Assembly: GCA_036555485.1 (NCBI GenBank)
Contig: DATBLG010000004.1
Span: forward strand, 2,090-66,089
Direction: 5' to 3'
DNA from: Gemmatimonadales bacterium
Lineage (GTDB): Bacteria > Gemmatimonadota > Gemmatimonadetes > Gemmatimonadales > GWC2-71-9
Length of the DNA stretch: 64,000 nucleotides
The notes below the pieces were generated by a model. It was not told the DNA's origin. It worked only from the letters and a program-made list of their open reading frames with translations, and searched no databases. Below are positions 33,568 through 43,033 of the stretch, in pieces. A program made the position numbers and the translations under genes. Numbering within the stretch: the stretch's first letter is position 1; every line of letters starts with the position of its first letter.

Positions 33568-36500
33568 ATGAAAAGGGTGTTATCCGTCTGCCCGCTTATC
33601 GTGATGGTCTTGGTGGTGGGGACAACCGCGTTGGCTGCCCAAGGCGTGACGACCGCGTCGATCAGCGCGACCGTCACCTCCGAGAGCGGCACCCCGATCC
33701 CGGGGGCCCGGGTCCTCGCGGTCCACGGACCCTCGGGAACCACGTATTCGGCCGGAAGCCGGGCGGACGGACGCGCCTCCGTTCCCGGGATGCGCGTCGG
33801 TGGTCCGTACAGCGTGACGGCCACCGCCATCGGCTTCCAGAGCCAGACGCGAGAGAACATTTACCTCACGCTCGGCGTGGCCACCAATGTGGCATTCGCG
33901 CTGCGTGAGGTTGCCGTGGAGCTCGCCGGGCTCACCGTCACGGCGGAACGCGACGCCATCTTCAGCTCCAACCGGACCGGCGCGGCGACCTCGGTGGGTC
34001 GCGAGGCGCTGGCGTTGCCCACCATTTCCGGAAGGATCGAAGACTTCGCCCGGTTGACCCCACAGTACAGCGGCTCCGGGTTCGGGTTCTCGTTCGCTGG
34101 TCAGGACAATCGCCTCAACAACATCACGGTGGACGGCTCGTACTTCAACAACTCCTTCGGGTTGGCCGGCCAGCCTGGCGACCGCACCGGTGTCGCGCCG
34201 ATTTCGCTCGACGCCATCGAGCAGGTGCAGGTCAACATCGCCCCGTACGACGTGCGCCAGGGAAATTTCGTCGGCGCGGGGGTGAACACCGTCACCCGCA
34301 GCGGCACCAACGAGTTCTCCGGGTCCGCCTATTACCAATTCCGCAACGAAAGCATGGTCGGGAGCGATGCCGGCGCCAGCCCATTCGATCCGGGCTTGTT
34401 CAAGTTCCACAAGACGGGCGTCAACCTCGGTGGCCCGATCATTCGGAACAAGCTCTTTTTCTTCGGCAGCTACGAGTCCGACGGCCTCGCGTCGCCGGGA
34501 ACGACCTTCCGAGCCAATACCGGTGGGGAGACGGTGGGCGGCAACATCACGCGCGTCCTGGCGACCGACCTGGACCAGCTCAGCACCTACCTCTCGACGA
34601 ATTTCGGATACGACGCCGGTCCGTATCAGGGGTATGAGCACGAAACCCCGGCCACGCGGTTCCTGGCGCGGCTCGATTTCAACATCAGCGAACGCAACAA
34701 GCTGAGCCTCCGCTACAACCTGTTGAATTCGAATACCGATGTGTTGTTGTCCAACTCTTCGTCCTTGGGTTTTGGCACCAGACGGTCCAATACCACCGGG
34801 CTGAACTACCAAAACTCCAACTATCTCATCCTGGAGAATATCCGCTCAGTGGTAGGCGAGTGGAACTCGATCGTGGGCAGCAATAAGTCGAACAACCTCA
34901 TCATCGGGTATACCCACCACGACGAAAGCCGCGACTCGCGAGGGACGTTCTTTCCCATGGTGGACATTCTCGAAGGAGGCTCCGTCTATACCACGTTCGG
35001 CTTCGAGCCCTTCACACCGAACAACGAGCTGCGCTATAGCAGCTTCCAACTGCAGAACAACTTCACGATCTACGGCGCCAAGCATGACCTGACGTTCGGC
35101 GTGAGCGCGGAACGATACGAATCCGAGAACGTGTTTTTCCCGGGCTCGCAGAGCGCGTACGTCTACAATTCGCTGGCCGATTTCTACACCGACGCCAACG
35201 ACTACCTCGCCAACCCGAACCGCACGGTTTCGCCGATCACGCTGCGCACCTTCCAATTGCGGTGGTCCAATATCCCGGGGCAGGTCAAGCCGATTCAGCC
35301 GCTCGAAGTGTTCTATACGGGCGCGTATGCCCAGGATGACTGGCAAGCCACCAGCAACCTGAAAGTGGTGGCGGGCGTGCGGCTGGACCTGCCGTTTTTC
35401 GGCAACACCGGGTTTGCCAACGCTCAGGTCGACACGCTGTCCTTCCGGGATGAATCCGGCAATACGGTCCGCTATTCGACGTCGCAGCTTCCTGGGAAGA
35501 ACCTGCTCATCTCGCCGCGTATCGGGTTCAACTGGGATGTGCGGGGCGATCGCAGCACGCAGGTGCGCGGCGGGTCGGGCATCTTCACCGGCCGGCCGGC
35601 GTATGTGTGGGTGTCCAACCAGATCGGCGAGAACGGCGTGCTGACGGGCTTCGAACAGCTGACGAACACGACGGCCCGCCCGTTCCACCCGGATCCGGAT
35701 CACTACAAGCCGGCCAGCGTCACGGGGAATCCGGCGAGCAGTTATGGGCTGGCCTTCACCGATCCGAACTTCAAGTTCCCGCAGCTATGGAGAAGCAACC
35801 TCGCCGTCGACCACAAGTTGCCGTTTGGACTGGCCGGCACGCTCGAGCTGCTGTACAACCGCGATGTGAACGGGATCTCCTACATCAACGCCAATCTCTC
35901 GGCGCCGAGCGCGTTCTTCACCGGCGCCGATGCCCGCCCGCGCTGGACCGCCGGCAATCGGGTCAACGGCATCATTACCAGCGCCATCGTGCTCAAGAAC
36001 GAGAGTGAGGGCGACTCGTACAACGTCGCCGCCTCACTGGAGCGGCAATTCCGTGGTGGCCTGTTCGCCAAAGCCGCCTACAGCTATGGCCGGTCGAGAA
36101 GCACCGTCGACGCCGGGTCGATCGCCTTTGGCTCATGGAACAACAATCAGCATGCGGGCGATCCGAACAATCCGGGCCTGGGCTTCGCCGCGACGAATCC
36201 CGGTCACCGGGTGTTCGCGGCCCTCTCATACCGCAGGGAATACTTCCGCTTCGGCGCGACCACGGTGTCGCTGTTCTGGGAAGGTCGGACCGATGGGAAC
36301 GCCAGTTACACGTACTCCGGCGACCTGAACGGCGATGGTGGCACCAGCAACGACCTCCTCTACATCCCGCGCGATGCCAGCGAGATGCACTTCCAACAGT
36401 ACAACGTTGGGGCGGACACGTTCACCGTTGCAGAACAAGTCGCTGCCTGGGACGCCTACATCGAGCAGGACGACTATCTCAGGCCGAACCGCGGGAAGTA

Positions 36501-36852
36501 CACGTCCCGCGGCGGCGTGTGGCTCCCGATGGTGTTCCGGGCCGACTTCAGTATCGCCCAGGAGGTGTTCACGGACGTCGGGGGGAAACGGAACAAGCTG
36601 AGTGTCCGGCTCGATATCCTGAATTTCGGCAATCTCCTGAACAAGAACTGGGGCCAGGGGAACCGCCTGGTGAACGCGCAGCCATTGATCGTCCCGACGG
36701 CCGCACAGGGCGGTCCGGCGGACGCACAGGGTCGCACGCAGTACCGGCTGCGCGCCATCGGGGGGCAGTTGATGACAAAGACCTTCGAAAAGACCGCGTT
36801 CTTGAACGACGTGTACAGACTGCAGCTGAGCCTGCGGTACGACTTCAACTGA
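33568..36852 (+). CDS. TonB-dependent receptor with an N-terminal carboxypeptidase-regulatory-like domain (Oar-like)
   Basis: Signal peptide MKRVLSVCPLIVMVLVVGTTALAA|QG, a CarboxypepD_reg-like stretch (TVTSESGTPIPGARVLA..SVPGMRVGGPYSVTATAIGFQ) and a long beta-barrel. GAGGAGG RBS. Confidence 0.8.
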   Translation: MKRVLSVCPLIVMVLVVGTTALAAQGVTTASISATVTSESGTPIPGARVLAVHGPSGTTYSAGSRADGRASVPGMRVGGPYSVTATAIGFQSQTRENIYLTLGVATNVAFALREVAVELAGLTVTAERDAIFSSNRTGAATSVGREALALPTISGRIEDFARLTPQYSGSGFGFSFAGQDNRLNNITVDGSYFNNSFGLAGQPGDRTGVAPISLDAIEQVQVNIAPYDVRQGNFVGAGVNTVTRSGTNEFSGSAYYQFRNESMVGSDAGASPFDPGLFKFHKTGVNLGGPIIRNKLFFFGSYESDGLASPGTTFRANTGGETVGGNITRVLATDLDQLSTYLSTNFGYDAGPYQGYEHETPATRFLARLDFNISERNKLSLRYNLLNSNTDVLLSNSSSLGFGTRRSNTTGLNYQNSNYLILENIRSVVGEWNSIVGSNKSNNLIIGYTHHDESRDSRGTFFPMVDILEGGSVYTTFGFEPFTPNNELRYSSFQLQNNFTIYGAKHDLTFGVSAERYESENVFFPGSQSAYVYNSLADFYTDANDYLANPNRTVSPITLRTFQLRWSNIPGQVKPIQPLEVFYTGAYAQDDWQATSNLKVVAGVRLDLPFFGNTGFANAQVDTLSFRDESGNTVRYSTSQLPGKNLLISPRIGFNWDVRGDRSTQVRGGSGIFTGRPAYVWVSNQIGENGVLTGFEQLTNTTARPFHPDPDHYKPASVTGNPASSYGLAFTDPNFKFPQLWRSNLAVDHKLPFGLAGTLELLYNRDVNGISYINANLSAPSAFFTGADARPRWTAGNRVNGIITSAIVLKNESEGDSYNVAASLERQFRGGLFAKAAYSYGRSRSTVDAGSIAFGSWNNNQHAGDPNNPGLGFAATNPGHRVFAALSYRREYFRFGATTVSLFWEGRTDGNASYTYSGDLNGDGGTSNDLLYIPRDASEMHFQQYNVGADTFTVAEQVAAWDAYIEQDDYLRPNRGKYTSRGGVWLPMVFRADFSIAQEVFTDVGGKRNKLSVRLDILNFGNLLNKNWGQGNRLVNAQPLIVPTAAQGGPADAQGRTQYRLRAIGGQLMTKTFEKTAFLNDVYRLQLSLRYDFN

Positions 36853-36856
36853 CGAT

Positions 36857-36935
36857 CCCTCGTTCCGAGGGACGGTAGACGCGTAGGGGCGCAGCATGCT
36901 GCGCCCCTACGTCTTGTTACGCGCCCCTACATCCC
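36857..36935. repeat. REP-like palindromic elements in a convergent intergenic region (probable bidirectional terminator)
   Basis: CCCTCG-TTC-CGAGGG (36857-71), then the 30-nt perfect palindrome CGTAGGGGCGCAGCATGCTGCGCCCCTACG (36882-36911), then a partial extra arm GCGCCCCTAC (36921-30). Confidence 0.6.
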
Positions 36936-36949
36936 TCCCTGCCTGGACC

Positions 36950-38320
36950 TCACCCCCGACGCATGGTCCGGCGTCGGAGGTAGTACATCGGGACGCCGCT
37001 CAAGATGATCCCGATGTCCAGCGCAAAGGCGGCGGTCTCCGACACGAGGTAGTTCCCCAGCAGGAACACGGCGCCGAGCAGGAAGACGAACGGCACCACC
37101 GGATATCCCCAGGTGCGGTACGGCCGCTCCAGGTCCGGGCGCGTGCGCCGCAGCACGAAAACCCCCGCGACGGCCAGCGCGTAGAACGGCCAGATCCCGA
37201 TGATGAACTGGTCGGCCAGCTCGGTGAAGGTCCGGATCAGAATGAAGATCATGCCCATCACCGTCATGAGCACCACGGCCCCAGTGGGCGCGTGCGTGCG
37301 GGGGTCCACGCGGGCGATGGCCTTGGGGAACATCCCGTCTTCCGCCGCGGCGAAGAAGATGCGCGGTGCCGTCATCATCGAGCCGTTGAGCGTCCCGAAC
37401 GTGCTCACGGCGATCGCCGCCGACACGACCACGACGCCCGCGGACCCGATCACGAGCCGCGCGACGTCCGCCGCCACCAGCTCCGCCTCCTTTATGCCCT
37501 GAATCGGGATCAGGTACAGATAGACGAGATTCGCGGCGAGATAGAGCGCGACCACGGTCCCCGTCCCGATCAGCAGCGCGCGCGGCAGCGTGCGCTGGGG
37601 ATCCTTGACCTCCCCGCCCACGAACGCCAGGTCCGCCCATCCGTCATAGGCCCAGAGGATGGCGACCATCGCGAGCAGGAACGGCGAGAGCCCGACCGCT
37701 GCGCGCTGGGCGAACACACCCCCCTCAGGGATCCCGACGGGACTCCCCAGCGCGAATCCGAGCACCACCAGCAACACCAGCGCGCCGACCTTGAAGGCCG
37801 TGCTCAGGTTCTGGAGGATCGCGCCGCGGTGGATGCCGAAGTAGTTCACGGTGCCCACGATCGCGATGTAGAGCGCCCCCAACAGCTGTTCGGACCGGAT
37901 GTCGACCGGCCCCGCCGCGATGACAATGCTTGCGGGGTCGTACCCCAGGGTGCGCAGCGTGTACGCCGAGGCGGTGATCCCGATCGCGCCGAACGCGCCG
38001 GGGCGGATGATCCACAGCTCGGCCCAGGCGAACAGGAACGCCGGCATCGGCCCGAGCGACTCGCGCAGGAAGACGTACACACCGCCCGAGCGCGGAAACG
38101 CGGCCGAGAGCTCGGAATAGGTGAGCGCGCCGCACAGCACCACCACCCCGCCCAGCGCCCAGGCGAGGAGGAACAGCGGCACGTCGTCGATGCGCTGGGC
38201 CACGCCCGCCGGCGTGCGGAAGATGCCGCTGCCGATGGTCGAGCCGACCAGCACGGCCACGGCGCTCCACAATCCGAGTCGGCGAGTCAGCCGCTCGCCG
38301 AATTGATCGGGGACAGTCAT
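36950..38320 (-). CDS. APC-superfamily amino acid permease
   Basis: LGLWSAVAVLVGSTIGSGIFRTPAGVA signature and 12 hydrophobic segments. I chose the ATG at 38320. The track start at 38467 reads through intergenic repeats. Confidence 0.8.
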   Translation of the reverse strand: MTVPDQFGERLTRRLGLWSAVAVLVGSTIGSGIFRTPAGVAQRIDDVPLFLLAWALGGVVVLCGALTYSELSAAFPRSGGVYVFLRESLGPMPAFLFAWAELWIIRPGAFGAIGITASAYTLRTLGYDPASIVIAAGPVDIRSEQLLGALYIAIVGTVNYFGIHRGAILQNLSTAFKVGALVLLVVLGFALGSPVGIPEGGVFAQRAAVGLSPFLLAMVAILWAYDGWADLAFVGGEVKDPQRTLPRALLIGTGTVVALYLAANLVYLYLIPIQGIKEAELVAADVARLVIGSAGVVVVSAAIAVSTFGTLNGSMMTAPRIFFAAAEDGMFPKAIARVDPRTHAPTGAVVLMTVMGMIFILIRTFTELADQFIIGIWPFYALAVAGVFVLRRTRPDLERPYRTWGYPVVPFVFLLGAVFLLGNYLVSETAAFALDIGIILSGVPMYYLRRRTMRRG

Positions 38321-38356
38321 GGAGGAGTGAATATAGCCTGCGGCCCGAGGCGCGGT

Positions 38357-38443
38357 GTCATTCCGAGGGTGCGAAGCACCCGAGGAATCTGGTCTCGAGA
38401 TCCCGTGCGCCAGATCCAGATCCCTCGCTTCGCTCGGGATGAC
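38357..38443. repeat. Inverted pair of short REP-like repeats
   Basis: GTCATTCCGAGGGTGCGAAGCACCCGAGGAATC (38357-89) and the reverse complement of GTCATCCCGAGCGAAGCGAGGGATC (38419-43). They lie in the divergent intergenic region between the permease and ctaA. Confidence 0.55.
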
Positions 38444-38465
38444 ATACGGACCTAGATTTGGATCC

Positions 38466-39281
38466 ATGACACGCCGCTATCGCGCGCTCGCCTGGACGGC
38501 CTCCGTCGCAACCTATCTCCTCATCGTACTCGGCGCCGTGGTGCGGATTACGGGATCCGGGATGGGCTGCGGCGACGACTGGCCGGTGTGCCACGGCCGG
38601 CTGGTGCCGCCACTCGACGATATCGGCACGCTGATCGAGTGGAGTCACCGCCTGGTGGCCGCGATTGTCGCGATCCTGATCGCCGCGCTCGCGGCGCTCA
38701 CCTGGTGGTCCCGGCGCCGTGGGGCGGCCGTGGGCCGCGCCGGCTACCTGGCGCTCGCGCTGCTGGTGCTCCAGGTGCTGCTCGGCGCGGTCACCGTGCG
38801 GCTCGAGCTGCCGCCCTGGAGCGTGATCCTGCATCTCGGCACGGCGATGGTGCTGCTGGCCGTGCTGCTGTACGCCGCCCTCGGCGAACCGACCGCGCGG
38901 CCAGGACCTGCCGCGCTCGTCGCGGCAGCCATGGCTTTCGTCACGGTGCTGTTCGGCGCGCTCACCGCGAATCTCGGCGCAGCGACGGCGTGCATCGGGT
39001 TTCCGTTGTGCAACGGGCAGTGGATCCCTGAAGGCAACTACCTCCAGCACCTCCACTGGACCCACCGGTTGCTGGCGTATGGACTGTTTGCGTATCTGGC
39101 GATCTGGGCGTGGCGTACCCGGCGCCGCGGCCCGGCGCTGGCGCTGGGCTTAGCTGCTGTCCAGGTCGCCGTGGCCGCCGCGATGGTGCTGCTCGCCCTG
39201 CCCCAATCGCTCCAGGCGGCGCATGCCGCCGTGGGGACGGCGTTGTGGGCGGCGCTCGCCATCACTGCGATGCGCGAATGA
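38466..39281 (+). CDS. ctaA: Heme A synthase (COX15/CtaA family)
   Basis: RITGSGMGCGDDWPVCHG, IEWSHRLVA and HWTHRLLA motifs with 8 TM segments. ATG at 38466. Confidence 0.8.
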   Translation: MTRRYRALAWTASVATYLLIVLGAVVRITGSGMGCGDDWPVCHGRLVPPLDDIGTLIEWSHRLVAAIVAILIAALAALTWWSRRRGAAVGRAGYLALALLVLQVLLGAVTVRLELPPWSVILHLGTAMVLLAVLLYAALGEPTARPGPAALVAAAMAFVTVLFGALTANLGAATACIGFPLCNGQWIPEGNYLQHLHWTHRLLAYGLFAYLAIWAWRTRRRGPALALGLAAVQVAVAAAMVLLALPQSLQAAHAAVGTALWAALAITAMRE

Positions 39282-39286
39282 AAAAG

Positions 39287-39309
39287 GGCCCCGGCAAGTT
39301 GCCGGGGCC
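39287..39309. terminator. Bidirectional intrinsic terminator
   Basis: GGCCCCGGC-AAGTT-GCCGGGGCC is flanked by AAAAA (39281-85) and TTTTT (39311-15). It lies between the convergent ctaA and lipoprotein genes. Confidence 0.8.
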
Positions 39310-39334
39310 ATTTTTCCAGAACGCTGTGCTCGGC

Positions 39335-40453
39335 CTACTGCACTTCGATCTTGATGTAGTAGTTCAGCGCCCCGCCCCCGTCGAAATCCTGGGTGACGAG
39401 CCAATAGGTGCCGGCAGGATAGAGGACGCCGCCAGCGACTTCAGGCTGCGAGGCGCCAGCGCCACCCAAACCGTCACCCGCGCACGGGTCGAACGTGGTG
39501 AATGTCACGTCGAAGCTCGCCAGCGCCGAATCGGAGCAAATGACCGCGTCGACATCTCCGCTGCCGCCGTCCCAGTTCACCTCGAACGAGATGGTGGTCG
39601 GTGCCGCAAGCGTGAACTTGAAGATCGAGCAGTTCCCGGAAGGACCGAACCCGAACCGGTCCTCGGCGCAGGTGAGCGGGGGATTCCCGGCCGTACCGGT
39701 CGCGACAAACACTGGGCTCACACCCACCGTTGCCGGGATCAAGGACGTGATGTCCGGTGCGGTCTGCCACTCGTTGTTCCCCGGGAACGGGTCCCCCGTC
39801 GGCGTGAAACTGCCCGAGGTGGCCAGGGTTACGACGAGCCCCGGCACGTAGGTCACCGCGATGTTCGTAATAGTGATCGGCCCCGGGTCGCCGAACGGTA
39901 CCAGCACCTGAATCTGGTCCACGGTCGCCGACAGGATTGGCGGGACTGCGCCACCCGCGAAAATGACGGTGCTGGTCGCGGGGTCGAACTTGAGCGAGGA
40001 GGTAGAGGAAATGGTCAGGGTCGAGCCGGGAATCGCCGAGTTGGTGGATAACGCACCCGCGAAGCTGGTCGGGAGCACGATGAGCTGCACCGTGTCAGGC
40101 TTGGCGCCCGCGGCCGAGGCCGTGATGCAACTGGCGTTCGCGCCCACGGCCGCGATAGTCGCGCGCTCGGCGAGCGGCGGCACCGGGTTGAAGGTCGGGT
40201 CCGCGGTCACGGTCGCCGTCGCGGCATCGCACGACGCGAACGTGATGTCACCCTCGAGCGGCGTGAACCGGCTGTCCACGATCCGCGCCACGACCTGGGC
40301 GGAGGAGCCCTGATCGAGCGTCAGAGACGAGAAATCGAGCACCACCGCAAACGGCGAGCCGACGCCTTCCGCGGTGGGATCGTTATGGCACGCCAGCGCA
40401 GTGCCCGCGAGCAGAGCCACAATGCCATAGAGTCCGGAGATCCGAGGTTTCAT
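39335..40453 (-). CDS. Secreted or lipoprotein with Ig-like repeats and a PPC-like C-terminal domain
   Basis: MKPRISGLYGIVALLAGTALAC|HNDP (lipobox-like), Big_2/IPT-like beta repeats and a C-terminal FEVNWDGGSGDVDAVICSD...GTYWLVTQDFDGGGALNYYIKIEV. Confidence 0.55.
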   Translation of the reverse strand: MKPRISGLYGIVALLAGTALACHNDPTAEGVGSPFAVVLDFSSLTLDQGSSAQVVARIVDSRFTPLEGDITFASCDAATATVTADPTFNPVPPLAERATIAAVGANASCITASAAGAKPDTVQLIVLPTSFAGALSTNSAIPGSTLTISSTSSLKFDPATSTVIFAGGAVPPILSATVDQIQVLVPFGDPGPITITNIAVTYVPGLVVTLATSGSFTPTGDPFPGNNEWQTAPDITSLIPATVGVSPVFVATGTAGNPPLTCAEDRFGFGPSGNCSIFKFTLAAPTTISFEVNWDGGSGDVDAVICSDSALASFDVTFTTFDPCAGDGLGGAGASQPEVAGGVLYPAGTYWLVTQDFDGGGALNYYIKIEVQ

Positions 40454-40502
40454 GCGGTCCTCACGTGAAGGGCTTCCAGTGATCGCTCCTGATTCTCAAG
40501 TC

Positions 40503-41882
40503 TTACAGCTCGAGATCCGCTAGTCCATCGGGACCGAGCATTTCCTGCCAGTCCGGCCGGCTCCGCTCCCGCACGTCGTTGGTGAAGATCAGCGTGTAGT
40601 TGCCGAACCGGGTCAAATCCATGAACACGTACTTCAAGTTCCGGTTGCGTGTGTACTTCCAGATCTCGTATGGCGATGCACCGGTCTGCACCCGGCGCTC
40701 CAGCACCTCGTCCGGCGCTCCGTACTTGATGAACACCCGCCCGCGGTCGGTACGCCATCCGGGAATCGCCGACGCTCCACCTTCGCGATACCGGCGGTTC
40801 GCTTCTTCGATAGCGGCGTAGAACCGCTCGCGCTCTTCGTTCCGCCTCGTCCCCGCGGTGGGGTCGCGCCGGGCCCAGAATTGCCGCAGCCACTTGCGCT
40901 TCCCTTCCAGCGACAGCGACGAGTACACCCCCTGCTCCTCGGCGCTCATCAGGTAGATGAGCGGCTGATACGCCTCGTCGAGCTCCGGCTCCGTGAGACT
41001 GGCCGGCCACTCTCCCGCGGCCGCCACGGCCGCGGCCTGTACCACCGTCTCGAACCCCGTCATCCCGAACATCGCCGACCGCACCACCTGCGAGTCCGGC
41101 CCCGTCGCGGTTACCTCGAACCGGTAGCGACCTGGGGGCAGTCCCGCGAGGTCGACGACCCCATTGGTGAACCCCCCACCCGAGCCGATCGCGGCCGGCG
41201 TCGGCGCCGTCGCCACCAGCTGCGTGCCCGACTCCGTCAGCACGCGGGCCGCCACCATCACGCTCTCCGCGTGCGTGGGGTACAGCTCCAAGTAGTACGC
41301 CAGCTTCGATGCTTGCGGCGTCAACACCGGCTCGCCGGACGTCACGAGGAACAGCGATCCTCGGCGCAGCTCTCCGGCCCGCGCGGCCGTATCCGCCGCC
41401 TCCGCGGCCCGCATGTCGCTCGCGACGAGCAGGTCCGACCCCGCCGGCGCGCGCGCGAACGCGTCCACTGTCGCTGCCGCCCGCGCGATCCTTCCACTGG
41501 CCGAATCGGTGACCGTCACCGACACGGCATACCGGCCTGGCCGCGCCGCGAACGTCACGTGCTCCGCGGTGGAGGCGCCGCGAGTGCGTAGCAGCTCGCC
41601 ACGCACCGGTGTGAGCCACGATTGCGACACCAACTCGAGCCCGGCCGAATCGCGCACCGAGATCGCGAACCGGAACGCCCCCCCGCCGCTGCCCGTCGTC
41701 CCCTGCGGGGTCACGAGCAACAACGGAATCCGGCAGAACACGTCCACCACGGTCTGCGAGGTCGCCGCGCGATACGATCGCACGACGCTCACGCTCACTG
41801 CGGCTTCGTCCGGCTGCGACTGGCCGGCACCCACGGCCGGAACGGCCGTGAGTGCCAGCGCAACGACCCCTGCGTACTTCAC
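40503..41882 (-). CDS. GWxTD domain-containing protein
   Basis: Signal peptide; C-terminal IPGWRTDRGRVFIKYGAPDEV...YEIWKY is the name-giving motif. The GTG start is 10 nt after the PorV-like stop. Confidence 0.75.
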   Translation of the reverse strand: MKYAGVVALALTAVPAVGAGQSQPDEAAVSVSVVRSYRAATSQTVVDVFCRIPLLLVTPQGTTGSGGGAFRFAISVRDSAGLELVSQSWLTPVRGELLRTRGASTAEHVTFAARPGRYAVSVTVTDSASGRIARAAATVDAFARAPAGSDLLVASDMRAAEAADTAARAGELRRGSLFLVTSGEPVLTPQASKLAYYLELYPTHAESVMVAARVLTESGTQLVATAPTPAAIGSGGGFTNGVVDLAGLPPGRYRFEVTATGPDSQVVRSAMFGMTGFETVVQAAAVAAAGEWPASLTEPELDEAYQPLIYLMSAEEQGVYSSLSLEGKRKWLRQFWARRDPTAGTRRNEERERFYAAIEEANRRYREGGASAIPGWRTDRGRVFIKYGAPDEVLERRVQTGASPYEIWKYTRNRNLKYVFMDLTRFGNYTLIFTNDVRERSRPDWQEMLGPDGLADLEL

Positions 41883-41892
41883 GTCAGATCGG

Positions 41893-43020
41893 CTACCAGC
41901 TCACACTGAAGCTGACGAAATTAGTGCCGCCCAGGGCGCCGAGATCGCGGTAGGCATAGTCGAACCCGACCCGCCAGTTGCCGCGCCCGTAGGCCAACCC
42001 ACCGCCCAGCGCCAGTCCATCCTTGGAGAAACTCGACGTGCTTTGCGTAGTCGCGAAGCCCGCGCCCGTGCCCGGATCGAGCTTATTGTCCGGCTGCAGC
42101 GTGTAGCTTCCACGCGCCGCCAGCGAGAAGCCCGAGTTTCCGACGTTGGTCAGCGCCCATTCCAGCCCGGCGCCCGCTCCCGGCTTCGTGTTCACCGGCT
42201 GCGTAAACTCCCCCAACACCGACACCCGGTTCATCCCCGAGCTGAGCAGGTCGAGTGCCACGCCCACGCGGAATTGCACCGGCAGTCCCCACGAGCTGGT
42301 CCGCAACCGCACGGGCTGCAGCTCCTGAGGAATGTCCACCGTCCCGAGGGGCGGTTGACGCGCGACGCCGGTTTCCAGCGCCGAGCCGTCGTGCCGCAGG
42401 TTCGTGCCCAGGTTCTGGATCACGAACGCGGCCCGGATCGGCCGTTCGCCGATCATCGCGTGGAAGTTCGTGCCGAAATCGAGCGCGAACCCCGTGGCTT
42501 TCGTCGACCCCAGCTGATCCGAAATCAGCTTCCCGGTGAACCCCGCCGAAAAGCGGTCCGAGAAGTTCTGGGCATAGGTCATCGACAGGAACGTTTCCGC
42601 CACCGAGTACGTCTCCCCCGTTCCATCCGGGTCCTCGAGGGTGTACACGGGCTGTTCACTGAACCCGAAGCTCCCGACCGCGAAGCCCACGGCGCGGGAG
42701 CCGCCGCCCATCGGCAGCGCGATGCCGACCCAGTTGTATCGAGTGCTCGACACATAGCTGTAGGACGACACCAGGATCCCCGGCCGGCTCATCTGCGCCA
42801 GCCCGGCGGGGTTGTAATACAACGCGGACACGTCGGTGGTCAGGGCCGCGTACGCCCCGCCCAACGCCGCCCCGCGGGCGCCGGCGCCCAGCAGCAGGAA
42901 CTCGCCGCTGGTGCTGCCGTAGCCCGTATTGTCCTGCGTGGTCTGGGCCCCGAGCGGCGCCACGGTCAGCGCCGCCAGGCCCATGAGCGTGCCGAGCACG
43001 CGAGTCAGTCGATGCGTCAT
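41893..43020 (-). CDS. PorV/PorQ-family outer-membrane beta-barrel (T9SS shuttle-like)
   Basis: Signal peptide ..APLGA|QTT; GEFLLLGAGARGAALGGAYAALTTDVSALYYNPAGLA is the family N-terminal signature. It ends in ..FSVSW. GAGGAG RBS. Confidence 0.75.
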   Translation of the reverse strand: MTHRLTRVLGTLMGLAALTVAPLGAQTTQDNTGYGSTSGEFLLLGAGARGAALGGAYAALTTDVSALYYNPAGLAQMSRPGILVSSYSYVSSTRYNWVGIALPMGGGSRAVGFAVGSFGFSEQPVYTLEDPDGTGETYSVAETFLSMTYAQNFSDRFSAGFTGKLISDQLGSTKATGFALDFGTNFHAMIGERPIRAAFVIQNLGTNLRHDGSALETGVARQPPLGTVDIPQELQPVRLRTSSWGLPVQFRVGVALDLLSSGMNRVSVLGEFTQPVNTKPGAGAGLEWALTNVGNSGFSLAARGSYTLQPDNKLDPGTGAGFATTQSTSSFSKDGLALGGGLAYGRGNWRVGFDYAYRDLGALGGTNFVSFSVSW

Positions 43021-43033
43021 GGTTATGGTCTCC

